Shown here piece by piece: positions 47,226-57,628 of a DNA stretch of 64,000 bases; the stretch's first letter is position 1, and every line of letters begins with the position of its first letter. The translations under genes and the position numbers were made by a program. Origin of the DNA: a virus (taxonomy: Duplodnaviria; Heunggongvirae; Uroviricota; Caudoviricetes); IMG/VR virus record IMGVR_UViG_3300045988_007243; one strand, written 5' to 3'. The notes beneath the pieces were generated by a model. That model saw nothing but the letters and a program-made list of their open reading frames with translations, was not told the origin of the DNA and made no database searches.

Positions 47226-47381
47226 ATGAAACGCAAAGCAAAGTTTTTCAATTTATATGGCAGAGTCGCCAAAGGTTTTGATTGGCAATTGTTACGTTCT
47301 AATGTTAAAAGCAACGAATTAGCACCTCTCATCATAAGCTACCGGCGTACATACAGGGAAGTAGAACATCGTGAACAGTAA
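47226..47381 (+). CDS. Small basic hypothetical protein (51 aa, below track cutoff)
   Basis: ATG after GGAGA RBS; MKRKAKFFNLYGRVAKGF... Confidence 0.3.
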   Translation: MKRKAKFFNLYGRVAKGFDWQLLRSNVKSNELAPLIISYRRTYREVEHREQ

Positions 47382-47625
47382 AATTGAAAAGTCTTATGAA
47401 GTTATCAGAAGCAAAGACAAAGCTACATCCCTAATCGCTGACGCTTGGAGCAGAGGCTTAGATTATGAATGGTATCTTAGTGTATGCCAAGAGTTATCAG
47501 TCTCTCCCGTATCAAAAGAAACTTTCGATAAACTCTACGCAGTTTGCCAAGAGGGCTACAATGAAGCCATGCTTCAAAACTGCATGAGTTTAATCAACCC
47601 AAAAGCATCTGACTTATTCTTTTAA
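47371..47625 (+). CDS. Hypothetical protein
   Basis: ORF, 84 aa. Confidence 0.4.
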   Translation: MNSKIEKSYEVIRSKDKATSLIADAWSRGLDYEWYLSVCQELSVSPVSKETFDKLYAVCQEGYNEAMLQNCMSLINPKASDLFF

Positions 47626-47634
47626 GGTGAAGAT

Positions 47635-47841
47635 ATGGAAGCCCTAGTAAACTACATCTACTGTTATGATGTTGTTCACTCCACTACATCCGTAGCTCAA
47701 CGTAATCCAATCGTCCCACGAGAAGGTGAATTGGTTCGCATCGATGGTTGGACTTACACTGTGGAAAGCATCATTCACAAGTTTGATGTTGCTGGTGATG
47801 TTCAAGTTATTGACGTAGAGATTGGTGGTAAGAGAAAATGA
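47635..47841 (+). CDS. Hypothetical protein
   Basis: ORF, 68 aa. Confidence 0.4.
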   Translation: MEALVNYIYCYDVVHSTTSVAQRNPIVPREGELVRIDGWTYTVESIIHKFDVAGDVQVIDVEIGGKRK

Positions 47842-48941
47842 CAATTCTATACAAACAAAATAAAGATGGCTCTTTTAACGTCTGGTCATGTGTTGCTGTA
47901 GGTGACAAAGTTATTACAACCTATGGTAAAGAGAATGGCAAGATGATGTTTGAAGAGTATACAGCAGAGCCTAAGAACATCGGTAAAAAGAATGAGCGTA
48001 ACGCTGAACAGCAAGCTCTCTTTGAAGTTGCTGCTAAGTATAAAAAGCAAGTTGACCGTAAAGGTTATGCTTACACAAAAGAGTCTGCACAGAATACTGA
48101 GAAGGTAGGTGTACAGCTTGCTCATGATGCTGCAAAGGTTAGTCATGCAAAGTATCTGAAGTTCCCTGCTGATGCTCAACCGAAACTTGATGGTGTCCGT
48201 TGTAGGATTTCAAGGCACTTAAGTATTGGCAGTGTATTCACAGCATACTCTCGTGAAAATACTGTTTACAAAATCCCTACTGAACTAATACCTGACATTA
48301 TGGCAATGTTAAGGCTCCACAAAGATGTTGATGAATTTGATGGAGAGATTTATGCTCATGGGTGGGACTTAGAAGATATCGTCTCTATGATTAAAAATGA
48401 AGACAATCCTGACAGATACCTGCTCAAGTTTTACTGGTATGATATTTGTGACAGCACTAAGACGTGGCCTGAGCGTAGAGATATTATTGAGACTTCACCA
48501 TTGAATGACTTTAGAGACGGCTGTAGAGTTGTCCCTGTTAAGTCTCGTCGTGTAAATTCTTGGGAAGAATTTGATGAAGCTCATGATAAGTGGGTTGAAG
48601 CTAAGTTTGAAGGTGCGATGTACCGCTCAATCTCTGAAGACTCCTTCTATGAGTGTTGTCACCGTTCATACTTCTTGATTAAGCACAAGAAGATGCACAC
48701 TGAAGAGTTTAAAGTGACTGGTGTCAAGACTGATAAACGTGGTCATGGCAAGTTCGTTGTAGAGACTCTTCCTAACGTCTTTGTAGATGTCTCATGGAAG
48801 ACTACTCATGAGAAGAAACAGTATCTTGCTGAGCATCCTGAAGAGTTTATCGGGAAACCTTTAACGGTACAGTTCCAGAAGATGACTCGTAAGGGGTCTT
48901 TACAGTTTCCTGTTGGTCTCGTTATTAGGGATTATGAATAG
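47838..48941 (+). CDS. ATP-dependent DNA ligase
   Basis: Adenylation motif I PKLDGVRC (KxDG); 367 aa. Confidence 0.75.
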   Translation: MTILYKQNKDGSFNVWSCVAVGDKVITTYGKENGKMMFEEYTAEPKNIGKKNERNAEQQALFEVAAKYKKQVDRKGYAYTKESAQNTEKVGVQLAHDAAKVSHAKYLKFPADAQPKLDGVRCRISRHLSIGSVFTAYSRENTVYKIPTELIPDIMAMLRLHKDVDEFDGEIYAHGWDLEDIVSMIKNEDNPDRYLLKFYWYDICDSTKTWPERRDIIETSPLNDFRDGCRVVPVKSRRVNSWEEFDEAHDKWVEAKFEGAMYRSISEDSFYECCHRSYFLIKHKKMHTEEFKVTGVKTDKRGHGKFVVETLPNVFVDVSWKTTHEKKQYLAEHPEEFIGKPLTVQFQKMTRKGSLQFPVGLVIRDYE

Positions 48942-49129
48942 TGAAAAGAGAGATTATCAAGTTTACAAATCCGGGTAGTTGTTGTCCGGTTCATGATAAG
49001 TATCCTAGCAACACCTACAAGAATAGGCGCTCTATCAAGAAGAGGTCACTCTTTATTAAGAAAGAGCACAGGCATGTGAGGCGGGTCGTTAAGCAAAATC
49101 TTCATAAAACTTTATTAGAAAGTTGTTGA
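48941..49129 (+). CDS. Small basic Cys-containing protein
   Basis: ORF, 62 aa. Confidence 0.35.
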   Translation: MKREIIKFTNPGSCCPVHDKYPSNTYKNRRSIKKRSLFIKKEHRHVRRVVKQNLHKTLLESC

Positions 49130-50121
<992 letters not shown>

Positions 50122-50123
50122 TT

Positions 50124-50564
50124 ATGAATACAAAAGCATTAGCAGCAAAGTTTAGTTACGGTGACACTGTATCACATTCTGAGATGGACACCTTCTTAGG
50201 TATTGTGAAGCCAACTTATCAAGGTGACATTGTTAAGTACGAAGATGAAATGAAGGCTTATGCACTTACACGTCTAAACCGACTTGAGAAGTTTATTGAA
50301 AAGCTTCTTAAAGAAGAGAAGATTTATCTAGTTGCTTCAATGGGTGTCGGTTATCGTGTGGTTGAACCTAAACATCAAGCAACTATTGCAAAACGTAAAA
50401 TGTCTGGTAAGATTGGTCGTGCTTTAAAGCAAGCCACTCAAGCAATTGAGAATGTGAATACTATGGCACTTAGTCATCAAGAACGTTCACGACTGATTGA
50501 ACAGCAAAACCATTTAGCTGCTATGAAAGCTAACATTAACAAGCAACGTAGAAAACCTTTCTAA
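50124..50564 (+). CDS. Hypothetical protein (cassette gene 2)
   Basis: ORF, 146 aa. Confidence 0.5.
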   Translation: MNTKALAAKFSYGDTVSHSEMDTFLGIVKPTYQGDIVKYEDEMKAYALTRLNRLEKFIEKLLKEEKIYLVASMGVGYRVVEPKHQATIAKRKMSGKIGRALKQATQAIENVNTMALSHQERSRLIEQQNHLAAMKANINKQRRKPF

Positions 50565-51063
50565 GTTGACTAGGTAGCCTCTTCGGAGGCTCCTTTTTAA
50601 AAGGTCTTTAAGAGGGTCTTTTAATGAGGTACGGCGCGGTTAGGTAAGGTCTGGTAGGGTAGGGTGAGGTTTGGTAAAGTGCGGGTAGTTAATCGGAGCT
50701 ACATTAAAATCCGATTATATCACTTAAGAGTCTTCTAAGAGGGTTTTTAAGTGAGGTGTGGCACGGTAATGCTAGGTAGGGTCAGGTCAGGTCAGGTGAG
50801 GTAAGGTATGGGTAGTTAGTCTCAGCTACATTAAAATGAGACTCACCTTTTTAAAAGGTCTTTAAAGAGGGTCTTTTAATAAGGCGGGGTGCGGCTCGGT
50901 CTGGTTGTGTGATGTTCGGCTTGGTTAGGTAATGTATGGAAGGATGGCAGTAGCCTTATAAAAAATCTGCCAAATAAGCTATAAAATCTGTTGACAAGTC
51001 AGGCGTTATAGCTTATTTTTATACTCAATGTAATACAAAATTTAATATAACTTTGAGGTCATT
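50565..51063 (+). repeat. Structured repeat cluster B: three units of conserved box, G/T-rich block and hairpin with conserved loop
   Basis: Hairpins AATCGGA-GCTACATTAAAA-TCCGATT, AGTCTCA-GCTACATTAAAA-TGAGACT and TGGCAG-TAGCCTTATAAAAAAT-CTGCCA; stems covary relative to cluster A while loops are conserved; ends with a TTGACA promoter for 51064. Confidence 0.6.
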
Positions 51064-51447
51064 ATGAAAAAGATTTTATTAGCTGCTGCAATGGTTATGG
51101 CAATGAATTTACCAGTCAATGCAACAGAACTTCCAAATGTGGACTTATCAGGTGTTCCAGAAGACACTTGCCAGATTGTTAAAGGTGTTGCTTTGGCTAA
51201 TGGTGAGTTACTTAAACCAATCTCTGAAGAGTCTTTAACAGAGATGACTGATAAGGTAACTGACTATCAGTATCGTGTTCTTGCGGAATATTTCCTACAA
51301 TCTGCAAATATTAAAGAGAAGCACCCTGATGATATTGATGTACAAGCTATGCTTAATCATCGTATCCAGTTCAAAGAAGATTTAATGCAAAAAGCTATGT
51401 ACGGTGTTGAGTATTTCTTAGAAAACAGAAGCTGCACAGGTATTTGA
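51064..51447 (+). CDS. Secreted hypothetical protein (signal peptide)
   Basis: N-terminal MKKILLAAAMVMAMNLPVNA signal peptide; 127 aa. Confidence 0.5.
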   Translation: MKKILLAAAMVMAMNLPVNATELPNVDLSGVPEDTCQIVKGVALANGELLKPISEESLTEMTDKVTDYQYRVLAEYFLQSANIKEKHPDDIDVQAMLNHRIQFKEDLMQKAMYGVEYFLENRSCTGI

Positions 51448-51448
51448 T

Positions 51449-51661
51449 ATGGCTCTTAAAAAGTTACATCCCAGAAGCGGTTATGGTAAGATAATTGACG
51501 ATACAGACGGCTTTACAGTCTTTACAGTTATCTGTCAAGATGATTCACAGATTGAAAAGGCTCTTGATGATTATCTTAACAATGAACGTGAAAAGGTTAG
51601 AGCTACAAACATAGATTCATTGATTGACACTTCACGCAAACGGAAGAAGAAAGATGAATGA
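51449..51661 (+). CDS. Hypothetical protein
   Basis: ORF, 70 aa. Confidence 0.4.
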   Translation: MALKKLHPRSGYGKIIDDTDGFTVFTVICQDDSQIEKALDDYLNNEREKVRATNIDSLIDTSRKRKKKDE

Positions 51662-51953
51662 GGTTTTTGACCCTTATGCCCCACAAGATGATTGGGAGGC
51701 TGATAGAGAGGCTGAAATGGAGAGTTATGTTTGTCCAATGGATGTAGACGAAATGAGAGACTTCGTTGCACATCGTTTTAAGAGAGAGATTAAATCCAGA
51801 GGTCTTTCTCAAGAGCAAGTTGCTAAAATTTGTGGTATCTCTCAGGCTCGTGTATCCAACATAATCAATCTCACTGGTAATGTCTCCCTTGAGTTTATGT
51901 TGGAAGTATGTGAAAAATTTGGTGTTAATTTTAATTTAAGGTTGGCAGATTAA
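51654..51953 (+). CDS. Helix-turn-helix transcriptional regulator (XRE-like)
   Basis: LSQEQVAKICGISQARVSNIIN HTH motif; start set at the ATG overlapping the upstream stop. Confidence 0.5.
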   Translation: MNEVFDPYAPQDDWEADREAEMESYVCPMDVDEMRDFVAHRFKREIKSRGLSQEQVAKICGISQARVSNIINLTGNVSLEFMLEVCEKFGVNFNLRLAD

Positions 51954-51954
51954 T

Positions 51955-52314
51955 ATGAAACGTGAAAACATTATCCACTCTGAAAACTTCGCATTAGGCT
52001 TTTATGGTGTACCTACTCACCTTGAAAAGTATTACGGTGTAAAGATTCTTTCCAATCTCATTATGGCTTACAAAGATGGTAAGATTAAGCATACTGAGAA
52101 GAAGCGTGTCATGGGTTATATGGCTGTAGGCTCAGCAATCTCGAACATTAAGCTGGAAACCACTAGCAGTCAAATTGTAAAAGACCACTTCATCAAAGAA
52201 CTTTACCACAATCTTGATGGTGTGGATGTTCAGGCTGTTTGGTTGGATGTTGATGGTCACAACTACACAAGTTTTGTTTTCAAAAACGATGACATTAAGT
52301 GCTTGTTCCCATAA
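51955..52314 (+). CDS. Hypothetical protein
   Basis: ORF, 119 aa. Confidence 0.45.
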   Translation: MKRENIIHSENFALGFYGVPTHLEKYYGVKILSNLIMAYKDGKIKHTEKKRVMGYMAVGSAISNIKLETTSSQIVKDHFIKELYHNLDGVDVQAVWLDVDGHNYTSFVFKNDDIKCLFP

Positions 52315-52327
52315 TAGGTGATTAACT

Positions 52328-52843
52328 ATGATTGATATCTACTTACAAGATGCTCATGCAGATTTCCTTAAAGAAATGCTTAAAAAGTTTATGGCTTCAC
52401 AGTATGAGAATGAAGCATCTTTTAAAATAGTTACATGTGGCGACGAAGCTGGTTTTGTTGAGATTGAGCATGAAGGCACTGGAAAGATTGTTTGCAAGCT
52501 ACCTGATAGCATGTTCTCTAAAACGTTCTTAACAAAGACTAGTATAAATGTTAAGCTTGTTCCTCAGATTGAAACATACTTTGGTACAGATTACCCTAAA
52601 GGTTTTAAGTCATTGATGAAGTACTTCTTAGATGACTTTGTGGGTAATCTTCTGAGGGAGGTAAAAGAAAGTCGTACAGTGTTAACTGTAGAGAACATGG
52701 GAGGCACTATCAAGGTCACTTCTGACTGTTTTGTTATGAGCCTCTTCGACTTCGTTCCTAAGAACTTTGATGGTATTCTGGATGAAGAAGATGACTGTGT
52801 AGACTTTATATTGGTTCTTGAACCAGTTTTTGAGGTTAAATAG
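52328..52843 (+). CDS. Hypothetical protein
   Basis: ORF, 171 aa. Confidence 0.45.
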   Translation: MIDIYLQDAHADFLKEMLKKFMASQYENEASFKIVTCGDEAGFVEIEHEGTGKIVCKLPDSMFSKTFLTKTSINVKLVPQIETYFGTDYPKGFKSLMKYFLDDFVGNLLREVKESRTVLTVENMGGTIKVTSDCFVMSLFDFVPKNFDGILDEEDDCVDFILVLEPVFEVK

Positions 52844-53104
52844 ATGAAAATTGAACACTGCTATGAGTCTGATGGAACACCTATCCGTTGTCCACATTGT
52901 GGGTGTACAGACTTACAAGGTGAGGTAAGTGAAATAGTCAACGGTCATATTGCTGAAGAAAGTACCCGATGCACAGGGTGTAATGAAATTATCGCTTTCT
53001 GGGCTTATGGTTCATACCAACCCTCTCCACATTTTATCTACCATCGTAGTAAAGTTGTGAAGAGTGTCATCAACTGGTTCATTAAGAAAGGGTTTACAAA
53101 ATGA
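52844..53104 (+). CDS. Small zinc-ribbon protein
   Basis: CPHCGC...CTGC motifs; 86 aa. Confidence 0.4.
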   Translation: MKIEHCYESDGTPIRCPHCGCTDLQGEVSEIVNGHIAEESTRCTGCNEIIAFWAYGSYQPSPHFIYHRSKVVKSVINWFIKKGFTK

Positions 53105-53646
53105 TTAAGCTAATATTTGCAAGTGGTGAAAACGGTGAATTTGGTACTCCAACTGGTATGCCGTGGCCTCGACATAAACAGGACATGCAAGAGTTTAAGA
53201 GACTCACTAAAGATAACTTAGTAGTCATGGGTAATGAAACTTTTAAGACTCTGGGTAGTAAACCATTACCAGAACGTACAAACCTCGTCTTAACGAACTC
53301 TGTTCCATATTTGGGTATAGACTTTGACAAAGACGATGTAATGTATGCTAAGGCTAGTAAAGAGTCCTTTGGAGCATTTTTGAAGTATCTTGATAGCTCT
53401 ATTGATGAAGACGTCTTTGTAATTGGTGGTGCAGGTGTTCTTGTCGATGCTTTGCCGTATGCTGGTGTAGTTTTCCATACAGTTTTCCATAAAGTTACTG
53501 AAGAGGCCACTGTGTATTTACCTTTTGAAAACTTCTTCGATAAACTGTATGATAGCCGTGTATTTGCAAAGGTGCAGTCAAGACCCTCCGATGATGGTAA
53601 AGCAACCTTTGAGATTTATGTTCCACAAGTAAAAGGACACTTTTGA
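53101..53646 (+). CDS. folA: Dihydrofolate reductase
   Basis: N-terminal IKLIFASGENGEFGTPTGMPW... DHFR-like pattern; adjacent to thymidylate synthase. Confidence 0.7.
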   Translation: MIKLIFASGENGEFGTPTGMPWPRHKQDMQEFKRLTKDNLVVMGNETFKTLGSKPLPERTNLVLTNSVPYLGIDFDKDDVMYAKASKESFGAFLKYLDSSIDEDVFVIGGAGVLVDALPYAGVVFHTVFHKVTEEATVYLPFENFFDKLYDSRVFAKVQSRPSDDGKATFEIYVPQVKGHF

Positions 53647-53647
53647 T

Positions 53648-54547
53648 ATGTCACAAGCTGATTTGAGTTACAAAAATATCCTGAACCATGTTTTATCCGT
53701 TGGTGAACTGCGTACTACAAGAACTGGAGATGTTATCTCTGCATTTGCTCCACCACAGTTTCGCTTTGATATGCGTACTGGTTTTCCACTCTTAACATCT
53801 AAACAGGTGTTTACACGGCAAGTTATTGGGGAAGCTTTATGGTTCCTGAATGGTGAGAATAAACTTGGCGAACTCCGTTACCGTACTTGGGGTGAAAATG
53901 ATGGAGAACGCTGGACTATCTGGTCAGATGATTTTAAACGCTGGTTAAGCTCTAATTATTCCTCTGAACAAGACTGGTTAGAAGATGCAGGTGGGAGAAT
54001 CTACGGGGTTCAGTGGAGAAACTTTGAAGGCCATAATGGTTGTGTTGTAGACCAGTTAGAGACCTTAGTAACGAAGATGAAGGGTGATATTACAGACCGC
54101 TACATGCTTGTTAATGCTTGGAATGCAGCAGATATTGCAGCTAACTCGATGGCTTTAGCACCTTGCCATGTACTGTTTCAGATTTATATCACTAATGAGG
54201 GTGAAGTTGACTTGCAATGGTATCAGCGTTCAGTAGACACCTTTTTAGGACTCCCGTTTAATATTGCATCTTATGGTTTTATTCTGGAAGTTCTTTGCAA
54301 GATGACTGGATACACTCCACGGTACTTGATAGGTGTCTTTGGAGATACTCAGATTTATCAGAACCATATGAAACAGGTTTATGAACTGATGAATAATGAA
54401 GAGTTCCATGCACCTACTTTTGAGATTGGTGTGCAGCTTAACACTCTAAGTGATTTAAAACACCTTACTGCAAGTGACTTTATTGGTGGTATTAGCAACT
54501 ACCAACATGCAGGGAAGATTGAAGCACCTTTGTCAGTAGGTAAGTAA
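53648..54547 (+). CDS. thyA: Thymidylate synthase (uninterrupted)
   Basis: Active-site region MALAPCHVLFQIY and other ThyA signatures (RTG, NAWN). Confidence 0.85.
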   Translation: MSQADLSYKNILNHVLSVGELRTTRTGDVISAFAPPQFRFDMRTGFPLLTSKQVFTRQVIGEALWFLNGENKLGELRYRTWGENDGERWTIWSDDFKRWLSSNYSSEQDWLEDAGGRIYGVQWRNFEGHNGCVVDQLETLVTKMKGDITDRYMLVNAWNAADIAANSMALAPCHVLFQIYITNEGEVDLQWYQRSVDTFLGLPFNIASYGFILEVLCKMTGYTPRYLIGVFGDTQIYQNHMKQVYELMNNEEFHAPTFEIGVQLNTLSDLKHLTASDFIGGISNYQHAGKIEAPLSVGK

Positions 54548-54552
54548 AACAA

Positions 54553-54576
54553 AAAAGGCTCCCGTAAAAAGGAGCC
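54553..54576. terminator. Bidirectional rho-independent terminator between convergent thyA and the tail module
   Basis: AAGGCTCCCGTAAAAAGGAGCCTT hairpin flanked by A-run upstream and T-run downstream. Confidence 0.65.
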
Positions 54577-54584
54577 TTAAAATT

Positions 54585-54956
54585 TTATTTTTCAGTATTC
54601 TTTGTGTTCTTCTCAGTAATAGCTTGGAGGGCTGATACTGATTGAGCCAGATTATTCACACTGTCAGAGAATTTATCAAGAGTTTTGGTAAGTTTTGCGT
54701 TTTCACCCTTAACATTCTCTAACTGAACTTTCTGGTTCTCCATCCCTAACTGAAGCAGTCTCATGTCAGACTGTAAATCACGAATAGCTGAATAGTTACT
54801 TTTGGAATAATTATCTAGCTGCTGTAACTTTGTTGTGACAGACACTTCTTGCTTACCACTTGAAACTTGCATAGTGGTATACATCCCAATAACACTAAAA
54901 ATACCAACTACAATTGCACCAATATTATTTTTAAAAGCTTCCTCTAGCCACTTCAT
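54585..54956 (-). CDS. Membrane-anchored coiled-coil protein (holin/antiholin or fibre-assembly candidate)
   Basis: N-terminal TM helix IGAIVVGIFSVIGMY then coiled coil; directly downstream of tail fibre genes. Confidence 0.35.
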   Translation of the reverse strand: MKWLEEAFKNNIGAIVVGIFSVIGMYTTMQVSSGKQEVSVTTKLQQLDNYSKSNYSAIRDLQSDMRLLQLGMENQKVQLENVKGENAKLTKTLDKFSDSVNNLAQSVSALQAITEKNTKNTEK

Positions 54957-55151
54957 TTATTTCTCCCCCTTAAAAGCTTTTTCTAAGTTATCTACGAACT
55001 CATCATCAATAGGTGTGTCTGTTTTACTCGCAAGGTATCTTGCAAGCTTAAAGAACACTTTCTCAATCATGTATTCACTTAGAAGGGATAAAATGAGTTT
55101 CCAGAAGAAGCTACCTAGATTTTTTAGAAGAATTGCTAGGATTGTAGGCAT
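54957..55151 (-). CDS. Small hydrophobic protein (holin candidate)
   Basis: 64 aa with hydrophobic N-terminal half and charged C-terminus. Confidence 0.3.
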   Translation of the reverse strand: MPTILAILLKNLGSFFWKLILSLLSEYMIEKVFFKLARYLASKTDTPIDDEFVDNLEKAFKGEK

Positions 55152-55230
55152 TTAATCACCTCATCAGCCAAGATGGTGAGAATACCCATAAAGAATATTA
55201 ACACCATCTTAACAATCAGTCAACAAGGGA

Positions 55231-57582
55231 TTAAGCAGTTCTTACCCAAGCCATTAACTTGTAGAACTGGTTAGTAACACTAAATGCTGAACCAGAACCT
55301 GTGCCACCAGTGTTACCACTAACTGTGTGGCTGTGAGCACCAATACCTACAGAGTGGGCGTGCCCCCCAGCAGATGCAGCAGTACCGCTAACTGAGTGAG
55401 TATGAGCACCATCATTTTCAGTCCATCCAACATGAGTCTGAGCAGAGTTCGAAGATGCGACCCTACCTGATGAAACGTTAGCGTTGTCACCCTGTGAAAT
55501 TCTGTGCGCGTGTTGCCCAGAAGTTGCAGCAGTACCACTAACTGAGTGGGTGTGAGCACCAGTGCTATTAGTGTTCTTCGTACCATAATCAAAAGATGAA
55601 GTGGTAGCAGAGAAACTATGAGTGTGTGATGGCAAGTTACCAACAGACAACGTTACAGAGTCTGAACCACCAGTTGTAGCAACATCCGAACCGTTTGCTG
55701 CTGCGACCCTGATAGTTCTGCCAACACCATTGTTCAGGTACGTCCAAGTTAACCCAGGAAGTGCTGTATTAGGGTCAACATTACTGTTAAACCACGTTAC
55801 AATACCTACTGGATAGATTTTATTAAGGTCTGTAGAGTCACTAATTGCTGTTGCAATTTTCTGGTCAGTTTCTGCTTTAGTATATGCACCAATCTCTGAA
55901 GGAGTTGGCTTTTGTGCTTCCGTGTAAACTTTAGACCAGCTATCCTCAAAACCATAATTATCTCTTGATGACCTATACCACATCCCACCATTTTTAAAGC
56001 TAAACTTTAATTGTGCAGATGGCGTAGAACTAATGCCTAAAAACATGTGATACACAAGTGAAGAAGACTGGCCCGTTGTGTTAGTAACCTTATAGAGACC
56101 TGTTTTTGCATCCCATGCAACACCATCACCATCCTTTTCAGAAGCTGTACCAGTGATACTTGCAAGCATATACCTTGCGTTTGCGGCAGATTGGGTATAG
56201 TATCTAGCATCTAAGTTAGCCCAATCAGAAGGTTGAACTTGACCAGTAATTCTTACAGTTTTATTTAGCAAAAAGTCATCTTCCATAAAAATAGTGGTCA
56301 CAGTTTTATCATTGTGGATAATGAATCTGGATGGGCGTGCTCTATCAGCAGTCCCGATGTACCACCTTCTCTCATTATCAGCATTATGACCAGAAAGGTA
56401 CAGTTCATTATCCTGAACAGTGTTTTTTAGTCGCAACAATGAACCATTTTGTGTAATAATTTGTGCAGACCTAAAAGTATTCATGTCGCTGAGTTTAGCA
56501 AGATTGCTCAAAGTTCCTGCTGGAATGTATCTAGAGTCAATGTTAGTCCAATCAGAAGGTTGAACTTGACCACCAATTTGGACTGTTCTGCTCATGGTAA
56601 TGGTGTTACCTAATGAGATTTGTGTTTTTGCTAAATAGTTATAGATGTTTACAATGTTCTCATCACCGTCATTACCAATGTACCACTTATTAGTCCCATC
56701 TGACTTTCTTGCTTGGATATACAAAGCCGTAGTTGTATCTACATTTTGAATAGTAATAGCATTAGCATTCTTCTTAACAACAAAATTAGTAAAAATATTA
56801 GAACCACTAAATGTGTTATTACCAGCTAACTGCGCAAATCTCTGATTAGCTGCTGTCTGAGTAAAGTATCTAGCATCTAAGTTAGCCCAATCAGAAGGTT
56901 GAACTTGACCAGTGATTTGAATTGATTTATTCACAGAGATTAGGTTAGCTAAAATCGCTACGTATGCACCAGATTTAACGTTTTTTAAAACAAGGTTGTC
57001 TGTGCCTTTATTATCATTGCCTAGATACCATCTGTTAGTGCCATCTGCATCTTGACCACGAATATAGAGTGGCATCCCTTGTGTAATATTCTTAACAATA
57101 AGGGCTTCATTGTCAGAGAGAATAGCTTGAGTACCTCTAAAGGTGTTATTTGCAGCTAATCTTGAGTATCTTGCATCATTCTCTTCATTAGTTCTCATCC
57201 CAAGTTCATTAGGACTTGGCTTATTCAGAGTATGATAAACAGTTGCCGACCTTGAAGCATCTGCAATAGTTAGTTTAAGGCCATTTGCGTTGATTTTAAA
57301 AGTCTTTAAAACATCCCCAATAGTAACCTCAGAAGAGCCTGTTGGGTTAAAGACTACCTTACCACCATAAAGTAGCTTAACAATTCCTAAGTCACCCGTC
57401 ATAGTGCTACCAGCAATCTGAACAAATCTTTCTAGTTTAAAAGATGCTAAGAAATCTTGATAGGTCATTCGACGGTCTTCATCGCCAAGCATTTCAGGTC
57501 TCTTTTTAACTCTGACATGAAGAAGGTCATCTGAACGGATTGTATCGATTGAGTTTAGTTCACTCAACTTGTAATCTGCCAT
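55231..57582 (-). CDS. Tail fibre protein with C-terminal His-rich HxH repeats (T4 gp37/gp12-like tip)
   Basis: Repeated HTHS/HAHS motifs (GAHTHSVSGTAA, GGHAHSVGIGAHSHTVSG); 783 aa. Confidence 0.65.
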   Translation of the reverse strand: MADYKLSELNSIDTIRSDDLLHVRVKKRPEMLGDEDRRMTYQDFLASFKLERFVQIAGSTMTGDLGIVKLLYGGKVVFNPTGSSEVTIGDVLKTFKINANGLKLTIADASRSATVYHTLNKPSPNELGMRTNEENDARYSRLAANNTFRGTQAILSDNEALIVKNITQGMPLYIRGQDADGTNRWYLGNDNKGTDNLVLKNVKSGAYVAILANLISVNKSIQITGQVQPSDWANLDARYFTQTAANQRFAQLAGNNTFSGSNIFTNFVVKKNANAITIQNVDTTTALYIQARKSDGTNKWYIGNDGDENIVNIYNYLAKTQISLGNTITMSRTVQIGGQVQPSDWTNIDSRYIPAGTLSNLAKLSDMNTFRSAQIITQNGSLLRLKNTVQDNELYLSGHNADNERRWYIGTADRARPSRFIIHNDKTVTTIFMEDDFLLNKTVRITGQVQPSDWANLDARYYTQSAANARYMLASITGTASEKDGDGVAWDAKTGLYKVTNTTGQSSSLVYHMFLGISSTPSAQLKFSFKNGGMWYRSSRDNYGFEDSWSKVYTEAQKPTPSEIGAYTKAETDQKIATAISDSTDLNKIYPVGIVTWFNSNVDPNTALPGLTWTYLNNGVGRTIRVAAANGSDVATTGGSDSVTLSVGNLPSHTHSFSATTSSFDYGTKNTNSTGAHTHSVSGTAATSGQHAHRISQGDNANVSSGRVASSNSAQTHVGWTENDGAHTHSVSGTAASAGGHAHSVGIGAHSHTVSGNTGGTGSGSAFSVTNQFYKLMAWVRTA

Positions 57583-57589
57583 TATAAAT

Positions 57590-57622
57590 TTTCCTCTAAA
57601 AAGGGGCTTTCAAGCCCCTGTA
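57590..57622 (-). promoter_or_regulatory. Hairpin element GGGGCTTGAAAGCCCC with U-run (terminator/attenuator, TTTACA upstream) between the tail fibre genes
   Basis: Read on the minus strand between 57629 and 57582. Confidence 0.4.
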
Positions 57623-57628
57623 AAGAAA

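Noticed and set aside
53648-54547. Intron in thymidylate synthase (as in T4 td)
   Set aside because: The thyA ORF is continuous (299 aa) with conserved motifs in a single frame; the td-like intron core is in nrdD instead.
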